Part shown: positions 1 through 7,061 of the stretch, one piece after another
Layout of the letters: the number at the start of each line of letters is the position of its first letter
How positions within the stretch are numbered: the stretch's first letter is position 1
From: Ostreococcus tauri
Taxonomy: Eukaryota
Length of the DNA: 14,483 bases
Direction of reading: 5' to 3'
Assembly (NCBI GenBank): GCA_000214015.2
Contig: CAID01000014.2
Span: 59,578-74,060, forward strand
The notes under the pieces: model-generated
Database searches by the model: none
What the model saw: only the letters and a program-made list of their open reading frames with translations
What the model was told of the DNA's origin: nothing
Position numbers and translations under genes: made by a program

Positions 1-776
1 GCGCGGCGAGCGCGCGCGCCGTCGCGCGAGGCGCGTGGCCGGACGGGCGAGACGTCGAAGCCAATGTTTCGATTGAGGTTCGAGAGAAGGCGCTTGAGAC
101 GATGTTTCCGAAACCAGGAAATGCGTGTGAGGCCTTGAACGTGTTTTTCGACGGACAAAGGGAGAAAGAGCTCGCGGAGGACGACGCTATTTTCGCGAGA
201 CGCGGATTCGAGACGCTTCGAAAGTTGCGGGACGCGATGACGCGCGAGCGGCCCGAGGGAAGGCCCGCCGGTCTCTCCCACGTGTGGGACCCCTTACAGT
301 GCAGGGTGAGCCACGGATTGGCGCTCCCTCAAGGGGTGAGCGTGGACGACGTCGGTGAGTTAACGCGTCTCATGGAGCGTAGATATTTCGACGCGTTCAC
401 GCGCGCCGACGCCAAGCGCCTCATCGGGACCTCGCTTTTGCGAGAGATTGCGGACGAGATGACTCGCGAGTCTCCGGTAAAACTGACGTTGTACGCAGGA
501 CACGACTCGACCATCATAGCGCTCTTCGCCGCGCTCGACGAACCGGCGTTTGGGTCGCTTCGCGAGTGGCCGCGCGTGTGCAGCGCGTTGATCTTCGAGA
601 CGTGGCGTATGAACGACGATACCATCGGTGTCCGCGCCGTGTACAACGGCGAAACGATTAAATTAACGGAAACGTCCAGACGCGAGGACGGGATGACGCC
701 GTATGTAGATTTCAGGGCGCTCGTGGAGCGACGCTCACCTCGAGATTTTGTTTCCGCGTGCAAATCCAAACTCTAG
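1..776 (+). CDS. Histidine acid phosphatase (histidine phosphatase superfamily, branch 2), C-terminal part; 5' end lies outside the window
   Basis: The frame of ORF 102..776 stays open back to position 3 with no upstream stop, so the CDS enters from the left edge. It contains the branch-2 proton-donor motif LYAGHDSTIIALFAAL (HD motif). The RHGxRxP motif would lie upstream, off-window. TAG stop at 774-776. Confidence 0.75.
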   Translation, partial: AASARAVARGAWPDGRDVEANVSIEVREKALETMFPKPGNACEALNVFFDGQREKELAEDDAIFARRGFETLRKLRDAMTRERPEGRPAGLSHVWDPLQCRVSHGLALPQGVSVDDVGELTRLMERRYFDAFTRADAKRLIGTSLLREIADEMTRESPVKLTLYAGHDSTIIALFAALDEPAFGSLREWPRVCSALIFETWRMNDDTIGVRAVYNGETIKLTETSRREDGMTPYVDFRALVERRSPRDFVSACKSKL

Positions 777-828
777 GCATAATTATATTCACTCTAGGCA
801 CGCACCGGTAGGTAGTCTACGCTATAGT

Positions 829-833
829 TTACA
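829..833 (-). terminator. Putative UGUAA poly(A) signal of RIO1
   Basis: The minus strand reads TAG AGCATTGTTGTAAACT, with TGTAA 9 nt after the stop. UGUAA is the chlorophyte poly(A) signal. Confidence 0.5.
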
Positions 834-841
834 ACAATGCT

Positions 842-2743
842 CTACTTCTTCGCCTTCTTTGTCTTCGCCTTCTTGACGTGCTTGGGGATCTTCGTCTTTC
901 GCTTCTCCGCGGCGGCGGCTTTCTGCGCCTTGGCCGCCGCCTTGCGAGCCGCCTTGGCGGCTTCCTTGTCGACGGGTTCCTTTCTGAAACGACGTTCCGG
1001 GTCGTCTTCGTCCCCGGACGCGTCTTCCCCATCTTCCATATCCACATCCTCGTCTGTTTCGTCATCGCCGTCCTCGGACTCCTCGTCCTCGTCCACGACC
1101 TCGAGACGCTTCGATATGAGCATCGGCGTCGTGCGCACGCCGCTCAAATCGTCCGCCATTCCGGTGATGGTTTGGTAATAAATCCCCTCGGACTCGCCGT
1201 CGCCCTGTTTCAGCCGACGCTGATCGCGCTCGAACGTGTCAACCTCGTCGAGTGCGCGCGGAATGAACGCCTGATGAAACACATTAGCGCGGATCTCCGC
1301 CTCGGCGGCGCGCTCGAGAAGCGTCGGATCGTTCATCGCCTCCTCTGGAATCGAGTCGGGATCGTGCGAGTTCAGCGCGTTCAACTGCGCGTTCACCTTT
1401 TTCAGCTCAACGGCGTGGGACTCCGCGGATTCGCTCAGAGCTTCCAAGACGGCCTCCATGTTTTCGTCGTTAATCGCAGGATCGACGACGAAATCAAAGA
1501 GTTCGCGAACCGTCGGCACCGCGACGTCGCGCTTGGCGAAAAACTGAATCACGTGAAGTAAGTCCTCGCGTAAGAACTCCAAGCACCTGGGGTGGTCTTG
1601 ATCGACGGATTGCGAAACGTCGATGATCCATATGTGTCCGTCGTGGAAGAGCAAGTTGTACTCGCTCAAGTCCGCGTGCACCAAGCGGCACTTTTGATAC
1701 ATCCAGCGCACGTCGACGATGAGCTCGGTGAAGAGCGAGCGCATCTTCTTAGTTGAAATCCCAGGCGCGGCGTCGCGCAAACGCGGCGCGGCGACGCCAT
1801 CGTCGGTCCCAATGAATTCCATCACCAACACGTGCGAGCGCAGCATCTCCACCTTTGGCACGCGCAAGCCGGACTCCTTGAGACGAATGAGGTTTCGCAT
1901 CTCCTTCTCCGCCCACGTCTGCACCATTTTCCTCGGATTCTTCTTACTGTACCCGTTTCTCCATCGCCAATCACCGCTGACGTATCGATCACGATCTTTA
2001 AAGACCAAGATCGAGGTCTTGTACACCTTCACCGCGAAGTCCACCGCGGGCGAATCCGGCGAAACTTTTCGCGCGTGATACACGTTTGCCTCTTTCCCGG
2101 TGGAGACGCACCCGTGAATCTCCGTAAACGTCTCCCTGCTCAGCATCTTGAAAAGGATCAGCATCGTTCGAGGATCCAACGCTTGCTCCACGGTCGCTCT
2201 ATCTTCTTTATCTTTATTCAGTGAAGCGTTCTTCGACTCTTTCCGCTGATGTTCCTTGAATGCGTTTCGCACTTTTTGCTCGCTCGCCGACGTTCCCGGA
2301 AGCGCCTTTTGCGCCTTATCCAAACGTCCCCCCACCGGTCGCTTCGACGACCCCGACGGAGTATTTTTCATCCGCACCCCCTCACCACCGTTCGGTCGTC
2401 CCGTCCACCGCCGACCGCCTCCGTTCGCCGCCCGCGTGAGCGCCCGCGCCGCCCCGCCCGGCGTCCCGCGCGTCGGTCCCCGTCCATCCCCCCGATGCGC
2501 CGCCACGTCGTCCAGCGCGTCCAGCGCATCGAGGGCATCACCGACGTCATCGACGTCGTCTTCGCTCGCCGTCCACCCGCGGTCGTCGTCCCACGCGTCG
2601 TCGTCGTCGTCGTCGTTTTCATCCGCCGCCGCCGCCGCGTCGACATCGCGCACGCGCAGCGAGCTCAGCGCGCCGTGTATCTCCTCCAGCGCCCGCGCGC
2701 GCGCGGCGGCGTCCGCGGCGTCGCGTTCGAGCTCGCGGTCCAT
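842..2743 (-). CDS. RIO1: RIO1/RIOK1 atypical serine protein kinase (40S ribosome maturation), 633 aa
   Basis: RIO-domain signatures are present: DRATVEQALDPRTMLILFKML..EIHGCVSTGKEANVYHA, LVHADLSEYNLL, IIDVSQSV. It has an acidic N-terminus and an acidic then Lys-rich C-terminal tail. Start set at the ATG at 2743 (MDRELERD). The ORF-track extension to 3226 is Pro/Arg-rich and lies antisense to PRP4. TAG stop at 842-844. Confidence 0.92.
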   Translation of the reverse strand: MDRELERDAADAAARARALEEIHGALSSLRVRDVDAAAAADENDDDDDDAWDDDRGWTASEDDVDDVGDALDALDALDDVAAHRGDGRGPTRGTPGGAARALTRAANGGGRRWTGRPNGGEGVRMKNTPSGSSKRPVGGRLDKAQKALPGTSASEQKVRNAFKEHQRKESKNASLNKDKEDRATVEQALDPRTMLILFKMLSRETFTEIHGCVSTGKEANVYHARKVSPDSPAVDFAVKVYKTSILVFKDRDRYVSGDWRWRNGYSKKNPRKMVQTWAEKEMRNLIRLKESGLRVPKVEMLRSHVLVMEFIGTDDGVAAPRLRDAAPGISTKKMRSLFTELIVDVRWMYQKCRLVHADLSEYNLLFHDGHIWIIDVSQSVDQDHPRCLEFLREDLLHVIQFFAKRDVAVPTVRELFDFVVDPAINDENMEAVLEALSESAESHAVELKKVNAQLNALNSHDPDSIPEEAMNDPTLLERAAEAEIRANVFHQAFIPRALDEVDTFERDQRRLKQGDGESEGIYYQTITGMADDLSGVRTTPMLISKRLEVVDEDEESEDGDDETDEDVDMEDGEDASGDEDDPERRFRKEPVDKEAAKAARKAAAKAQKAAAAEKRKTKIPKHVKKAKTKKAKK

Positions 2744-2820
2744 CGTCGAGGCCGTCGACGCGTCGCGCGGTGGCGCCAGGGACGCGCGATGCGCTCGATG
2801 GCGATGAAAACCACGCCTCG
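2744..2820. promoter_or_regulatory. Head-to-head (bidirectional) promoter/5'UTR spacer between RIO1 and PRP4
   Basis: Divergent start codons lie at 2743 (-) and 2821 or 2893 (+). CTCGATG occurs three times (2794, 2817, 2827) and GTCGAC palindromes are present. Confidence 0.5.
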
Positions 2821-4296
2821 ATGGACCTCGATGCCGACATCTCTCGACGCCGACGCCGTCGACCGACGCGGTGCGCGACGACGGCGGCGGCGATGGTGGA
2901 CGCGGCGGACGACGCGTCGACGAGCGCGATGGCGCGCGCGGTGGCGCGGCGACGAGAGATTGTGGAGAAATTTGAGTCGAGACGAAAACTACGAGCGACG
3001 ACGGTGCCGACGAACGACGCGGCGACGCGGGCCGAGCTGCGCAGGCGCGGTGAGCCGGTGACGCTGTTCGGTGAGCGCGAGGGTGATCGGCGCGAGCGCC
3101 TGCGAGGGATCCTCGCGGCGTTGGACGCGGCGGACGGGGGCGAACTCGAACGCGGCGGCGCGGACGCGGAGGACGACGCCATGGACGCGGACGGCGCGCC
3201 GGAGCGAGGACGACAGAGGGAGACATTTTTTACCGAGGGTGTCAAGGGACTGCTGGAGTGTCGAGTGGCGATGGCGGAGTTTTCGCTGCCGCGCGCGGCG
3301 AAGCGCGTGCGAGAGGAACGGGTGAGAAACGCCGACGCGAGAGGTTTAGCGAAGACGCTGGACGCCATCGTCGCCTCCACCTCGGGATTCGCGGCGCAAT
3401 GCAGTGAGATTGGGGATGATACGCGGCCGATCGCGTGCGCGCGCGCGTTCGACGACGGGCGCAGGGCGGTGACGGGGAGTTGGAGCGGCGAGGCGCGTGT
3501 GTGGAAAATCGACGCGCCCACGGGACGGATGACGTCCGAGCTCGTCATCAGATGCACCGATCACAGAATCACGGGCGTGGACGCGGTCGCGAACGTGATC
3601 GCCACCGCGCACGCCGACGGGACTGCGGCGATTTGGAACGCGAACGATGGCTCTCGCGCGCGAGAGCTCAAGGGTCGACACGCCGCGCGGTGCGGAAATA
3701 TTGCCTTCCATCCGAGCGGAGCGCGATACGTCGCCACCGCCGGATTCGACGCGACGTGGCGACTGTGGAACGTCGAGACCGGGGACGAACTTCTGTGTCA
3801 GGAAGGTCACGCGAAGGAGGTGTACGACGTGGCGTTTCACCCCGACGGCGGCTTGGCGGCGAGCGTCGGTCTAGACGCCGTCGGTCGCGTGTGGGATCTG
3901 CGAATCGGTCGGGCGATCGGAAACCCGCTCAGGGGACACGTGAAACAAATCTTGAGTTGTGACTTCCATCCAAACGGCACGCACATCGTCACCGGAAGCG
4001 GCGACAACACGGCCAAGGCGTGGGATTTGAGACGCGCGAACGAGTGCGTGTACACGATGGCGAATCACGAAAACTTGATCAGTCAGGTTCGGTACGCACC
4101 AAACGGCGCCTTTTTACTCTCCGCGAGTTACGACGGCACCGTGAACGCGTACGACGCTCGAGATTTTTCGTTGAACAAAAAAATCGTCGTATGTACCGGT
4201 AGCGGCGCGACGAAAATCACGTGCTGCGACGTCGCCGCCGACGACGCCTTAATCATCGGCTGCTTCGATCGCACCGTGAAACTGTACACGAAGTAA
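2821..4296 (+). CDS. PRP4: U4/U6 small nuclear ribonucleoprotein Prp4 (PRPF4, 60K), PRP4 domain plus 7 WD40 repeats
   Basis: The PRP4/SFM motif TVPTNDAATRAELRRRGEPVTLFGEREGDRRERLRGIL is followed by WD repeats (ARVWKI, AAIWN, WRLWNV, GRVWDL, AKAWDL, VNAYD, VKLYTK). The ORF-track start at 2770 is GTG. The first in-frame ATG is 2821. The ATG at 2893 (context GCGATGG) is an equally plausible true start. TAA stop at 4294-4296. Confidence 0.9.
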   Translation: MDLDADISRRRRRRPTRCATTAAAMVDAADDASTSAMARAVARRREIVEKFESRRKLRATTVPTNDAATRAELRRRGEPVTLFGEREGDRRERLRGILAALDAADGGELERGGADAEDDAMDADGAPERGRQRETFFTEGVKGLLECRVAMAEFSLPRAAKRVREERVRNADARGLAKTLDAIVASTSGFAAQCSEIGDDTRPIACARAFDDGRRAVTGSWSGEARVWKIDAPTGRMTSELVIRCTDHRITGVDAVANVIATAHADGTAAIWNANDGSRARELKGRHAARCGNIAFHPSGARYVATAGFDATWRLWNVETGDELLCQEGHAKEVYDVAFHPDGGLAASVGLDAVGRVWDLRIGRAIGNPLRGHVKQILSCDFHPNGTHIVTGSGDNTAKAWDLRRANECVYTMANHENLISQVRYAPNGAFLLSASYDGTVNAYDARDFSLNKKIVVCTGSGATKITCCDVAADDALIIGCFDRTVKLYTK

Positions 4297-4498
4297 TACA
4301 TCGAGGTCGGGTCACCCGTGATCATAGTTAGTAATATAACCGCGCGTCATTATATATCGTACGCGCTCGAACGCGCCGTGCGACCCGACGCCGCGGGAGA
4401 AACATTTTTATATGTGCGCAAGATGCTACCAAATCACTTTACTCGCAAAACAACCACCGTTCACGTGCGCGCTATGCTCGCATGCGGTTTCTCGAGGG

Positions 4499-4587
4499 AA
4501 GCGGAGTTACCGCGACAGAGTCAGCGGTGGACGCGTGTGCGACGCTTGCTACAAGCGGAGTTACCGCGACAGAGTCAGCGGTGGACG
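4499..4587. repeat. Perfect 35-bp direct repeat x2 (4499..4533 and 4553..4587) with a 19-bp spacer
   Basis: AAGCGGAGTTACCGCGACAGAGTCAGCGGTGGACG occurs twice with no mismatch. It lies in non-coding DNA between the PRP4 stop and a TGTAA signal. Confidence 0.95.
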
Positions 4588-4595
4588 ATAACTTT

Positions 4596-4600
4596 TGTAA
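4596..4600 (+). terminator. Putative UGUAA poly(A) signal of PRP4 (about 300-nt 3'UTR)
   Basis: This is the first TGTAA on the + strand after the PRP4 stop. It sits in a U-rich context, CTTTTGTAATGGGT. The same 13-mer is found after the LSM3 stop. Confidence 0.45.
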
Positions 4601-4627
4601 TGGGTTTATTCTGATGATTATATGGTC

Positions 4628-4631
4628 AAAA
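4628..4631 (-). terminator. Pol III T4 terminator of tRNA-Arg
   Basis: The minus strand reads ...CAGAATC-A-C-TTTT-G immediately after the discriminator base. Confidence 0.7.
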
Positions 4632-4632
4632 G

Positions 4633-4754
4633 TGATTCTGCCAGGGATCGAACCTGGAATCTCCGGTTAACAACTCGAACGCTTCGTTCGACGGAACGTG
4701 TGTGGTCTCGGTCCATACCGTAGACCGGCGCCTTATCCATTGGGCCACAGAACC
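4633..4754 (-). tRNA. trnR-ACG: tRNA-Arg(ACG) with a 49-nt intron (4669..4717) at the canonical 37/38 site; mature length 73 nt
   Basis: The reverse complement is GGTTCTG TG GCCC AATGGATA AGGC G CCGGT CTACGG[intron]A ACCGG AGATT CCAGG TTCGATC CCTGG CAGAATC A. All four stems pair, with one G-U in the acceptor and a C13-A22 mismatch. The A box is TGGCCCAATGG and the B box is GGTTCGATCCC. The anticodon ACG is at 4721..4719. A TATA-like ATGCATATAT lies just upstream. Confidence 0.9.
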
Positions 4755-4901
4755 GTGGATATATGCATACACTGGTGTTAATTTTCAACCCCAAAATCTC
4801 CCCGAAAAGATGTCGCAAAACTTACGGGTGTTCCCGGCGCCGGGCTCGAACCCTCGTCCCGTCCCCGTCCCCGCGCGTCTTCACGACCACGCGCGCGCGC
4901 G

Positions 4902-6599
4902 ATGGCGAACGGCGACGACGAGGACGTGGACGACGTCGACGTCGTCGCGTACGACCCGAATGACCCGCACGGCGACGGCCTGGATGATGATTTAATGGGT
5001 GACGAAGACGATCGCGCGCGATTACGCGCGATGACGGAGCTCGAGCGAGAGACGATGATGTTGGAGCGCTCGGAGCGACGCCGGGCGATCGAATCGCGAC
5101 GACGGATCATGGAGATGGCGGCGCGATCGAAGCGATCGGTGAGCGACCAACGCACGGGGGCGCGCACGGCGTTGGAAAAACTGGCGGAGGAACGATCGCG
5201 GAGGGAACGCAAGCGACGCGTCTTCGGCGACGACTCGGAGGAGGACGACGCGGAGGCGGCGGCGGAGTATTATTCCGACGACGACGCGCGCGTGGGGGAC
5301 GGGAAGATGGTGACGAAGAAACCGAAGCGGGGGGGGGCGTCGGAGGTGGTGGTGGATGAAGATGACGATTTCGATTCGTCGACGAAGAATCAACCCGCGA
5401 CCAAGGCGGAGATTGAATCGATCACGATTCGTCGGCATCAACTCGAGTCTTGGATCTCCGAGCCGTTTTTTGAATCCGCCGTCGTCGGATGCTTGACCCG
5501 AGTCGGGATTGGATTGAACAAACACGGTGAAAACGTCTATCGCCTCGTCGAGATCAGCGGCGTCGCCGAGGGTAAGTACAAGCAATATTCCTTAAAGCCG
5601 TACGCGTACGTCAAGGACAAGCCGCCGACGAACGTGTGGCTCGTCTTGAAGTGGGGCCAGAGCGAGAAGACGTTTAGAATCTCCGAGATTTCAAACTCGG
5701 CGACGCAAGACAACGAGTGGTCGCAGTGGGTGGCGCACTGTCGCGACGCCGGGTGTAAACCCATTACGAGCGAGGACGTTCAAAAGGCGCTCGAAAACTT
5801 GAGGGAGGCGCAAAACTACAGATACACCACGGACGACGTGACGAAAATCTTGGCTCAAAAGCGTGAGAGACTCGGTGGGGTTCGACACAATCTGTTGTTT
5901 GAGAAGGAACAGATTCGAACCGCGATCGCGCACGCCGAGGCGGAGGACGATTTCGCAAAGGCGGAGGAACTCAGAGGACGACTGGAGGAGATCGATCGCG
6001 AGGTCAAAGCGAGGCTCGAACAGCGATCGGGATCGACGCAAGACGCTCTGGCGAACATCAATCGTAAGAATGAGATTCAAAACTCGGAAAAGTTGTCCAA
6101 GCGTGCGTCCGAACAAGTCGCGCGCTTGAAGAAGGGATTGGCCAACACGGGCGAGGGCGATCCCTTCTCTCGCCGACCGACGCGTCTGACGACGTACTGG
6201 GACATGGGCGTGAAGGAGGACGGCGCTGAGGGGACGACGAAAGGAGATGAAAAAGAACAACAAGCGGCGGCGGCGGCTTCGACGGCGACGAACGCCGAAG
6301 ATGACGAAGATCACGACGATATTTTCCTCACCGCCGGCCAATCCGCCGGAGCGGCGGAGAAGGAGCTTTGCGACGTCCTTCAACAGGCGCACCGCGAGAC
6401 GTCGCTCGCGATCGATCTTCGTCGACTCGACGCACCGAGCGAAGCGGATACGTTCCGAGAAAAGTCCACGCGAGGTATCCTTCGACGAGGCGCAGCTCTG
6501 TTGAAATCGTCCTACGACGCCGCTCGCGCCGCCAAGCTCGCCGCGACGCCGACGTCTCGCGCCTTCACCGTCCAGGAGTACCTCGCCGAGTTCGCCTAG
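4902..6599 (+). CDS. RTF1: RTF1 homologue (Paf1 complex subunit) with Plus3 domain, 565 aa
   Basis: Plus3-domain signature: ITIRRHQLESWISEPFFESAVVGCLTRVGIGLNKHGENVYRLVEISGV..YSL..KWGQSEKTFRISEISNS..EWSQW. The N-terminus is acidic with the MTELERETMMLERSERR motif typical of Rtf1. ATG at 4902 in a GCGCGATGG context. TAG stop at 6597-6599. Confidence 0.88.
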   Translation: MANGDDEDVDDVDVVAYDPNDPHGDGLDDDLMGDEDDRARLRAMTELERETMMLERSERRRAIESRRRIMEMAARSKRSVSDQRTGARTALEKLAEERSRRERKRRVFGDDSEEDDAEAAAEYYSDDDARVGDGKMVTKKPKRGGASEVVVDEDDDFDSSTKNQPATKAEIESITIRRHQLESWISEPFFESAVVGCLTRVGIGLNKHGENVYRLVEISGVAEGKYKQYSLKPYAYVKDKPPTNVWLVLKWGQSEKTFRISEISNSATQDNEWSQWVAHCRDAGCKPITSEDVQKALENLREAQNYRYTTDDVTKILAQKRERLGGVRHNLLFEKEQIRTAIAHAEAEDDFAKAEELRGRLEEIDREVKARLEQRSGSTQDALANINRKNEIQNSEKLSKRASEQVARLKKGLANTGEGDPFSRRPTRLTTYWDMGVKEDGAEGTTKGDEKEQQAAAAASTATNAEDDEDHDDIFLTAGQSAGAAEKELCDVLQQAHRETSLAIDLRRLDAPSEADTFREKSTRGILRRGAALLKSSYDAARAAKLAATPTSRAFTVQEYLAEFA

Positions 6600-6603
6600 A
6601 GCG

Positions 6604-6608
6604 TGTAA
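6604..6608 (+). terminator. Putative UGUAA poly(A) signal of RTF1
   Basis: The sequence reads TAG AGCG TGTAA CAAAAAAA, so the signal starts 5 nt after the stop. Confidence 0.5.
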
Positions 6609-6647
6609 CAAAAAAATCATTCGACTACCTAGAACACCGCGTACCCA

Positions 6648-6652
6648 TTACA
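6648..6652 (-). terminator. Putative UGUAA poly(A) signal of LSM3
   Basis: The minus strand reads TGA GGCGATGATTTTGTAATGGGTAC, with the signal 11 nt after the stop. Confidence 0.5.
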
Positions 6653-6663
6653 AAATCATCGCC

Positions 6664-7061
6664 TCAATTCCTCAACGGCGGCGACACCAGGGTCACCGCG
6701 TCGCCTCGAATGAACAAGTACGGGACGCGTCGCTTCGTCGTCTTCGTAAACTCTTCGAACGTCTCCTCGTCCGTCTCCGTGCTCGTGATCGTCTCCTCCA
6801 CCTCACCGAGGATCATATTCAGGTGTTGATCGTACGCCTGCGCGCATCGCGAGCGCGTCGTCGTCGTCGTCGTCGTCAGTCACGCGTTGGATTGGTGGAA
6901 AACAAAAAAAATCGCATCGTCGTCGTCGTCGTCGTCGTCGCACGCACGTGTAAGCGCCCTCTGGCCTCGCGATCACCCCTGAGCTTGACGTACACGCGCT
7001 CGTCCAGGGCGAGCCGTATGAGATCGAGCGGTTCGCGCACGGCGGCGTCGTCCTCAGCCAT
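6664..7061 (-). CDS. LSM3: Sm-like protein LSm3 (U6 snRNP / Lsm2-8 and Lsm1-7 rings), 95 aa; two exons, join(6948..7061, 6664..6837) on the minus strand
   Basis: Exon 1 encodes [38 protein letters not shown]. Exon 2, translated by hand, encodes [57 protein letters not shown]. The joined sequence is collinear with my recalled human LSM3 sequence ([45 protein letters not shown]...LFVRGD). The junction is phase 0, and the intron has a GTGCGT donor and a CAG acceptor. Confidence 0.9.
6857..6877. repeat. (GTC)7 microsatellite near the 3' end of the LSM3 intron
   Basis: Direct reading of 6857..6877. Confidence 0.95.
6917..6940. repeat. (TCG)8 microsatellite near the 5' end of the LSM3 intron, adjacent to an A8 tract (6904..6911)
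   Basis: Direct reading of 6917..6940. Confidence 0.95.

Larger units (their letters stand above)
6838..6947 (-). other. Spliceosomal intron of LSM3 (110 nt), the only one detected in the window
   Basis: The intron reads 5' GTGCGTG-(CGA/ACG)n-ATGCGA-T8-GTTTTCCACCAATCCAACGCGTGACTG-(ACG)n-CGCTCGCGATGCGCGCAG 3'. It contains no internal AG dinucleotide. A CTGAC branch-point-like motif is present. Skipping the intron restores the conserved LSm3 sequence. Confidence 0.88.

Noticed and set aside
770-800. A 10-bp direct repeat, ACTCTAGGCA (770..779 and 791..800), spanning the acid phosphatase stop codon.
   Set aside because: It is too short to separate from chance, and no further structure is associated with it.
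2744-3226. A 161-aa N-terminal extension of the RIO1 ORF (MSPSVVLAPARRPRPWRRPPRP...).
   Set aside because: It is Pro/Arg/Ser-rich and has no counterpart in the RIO1 sequences I know. It overlaps the well-supported PRP4 coding sequence on the opposite strand. The conserved RIO1 body is fully contained downstream of the ATG at 2743.
4340-4535. Possible snRNA in the long spacer. The hints were ACAGAG inside the repeat (U6-like box) and CGCGTCATTAT resembling the U4 5' stem-loop.
   Set aside because: The conserved U6 GATTAGCATGG, the complementary U4 TGCTAAT, an Sm site and the 5' stems are all absent. The similarity is confined to 6-8 nt.
4499-4587. A CRISPR-like reading of the 35-bp repeats.
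   Set aside because: There are only two copies. The 19-bp spacer is too short. There are no cas genes, and the context is clearly eukaryotic nuclear DNA.
4318-4614. A 98-aa ORF with an internally repeated AELPRQSQRWT peptide.
   Set aside because: The peptide repeat is only the translation of the 35-bp DNA duplication. The ORF has a GTG start, its third codon positions lack the strong GC bias of every real gene here, and it has no recognisable domain.
4611-4617. A C-box-like TGATGA that might mark a C/D snoRNA next to the tRNA.
   Set aside because: No downstream CTGA D box with a complementary terminal stem lies within 60-120 nt on either strand. The downstream sequence is the antisense of the tRNA.
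4842-4853. A T-arm-like GGGTTCGAGCCC on the minus strand followed by TTTT, suggesting a second tRNA or tRNA-like gene.
   Set aside because: Only a 3-bp stem with a 6-nt loop can form. No D arm, anticodon arm or acceptor pairing can be drawn. It is more likely part of the GC-rich RTF1 promoter or 5'UTR.
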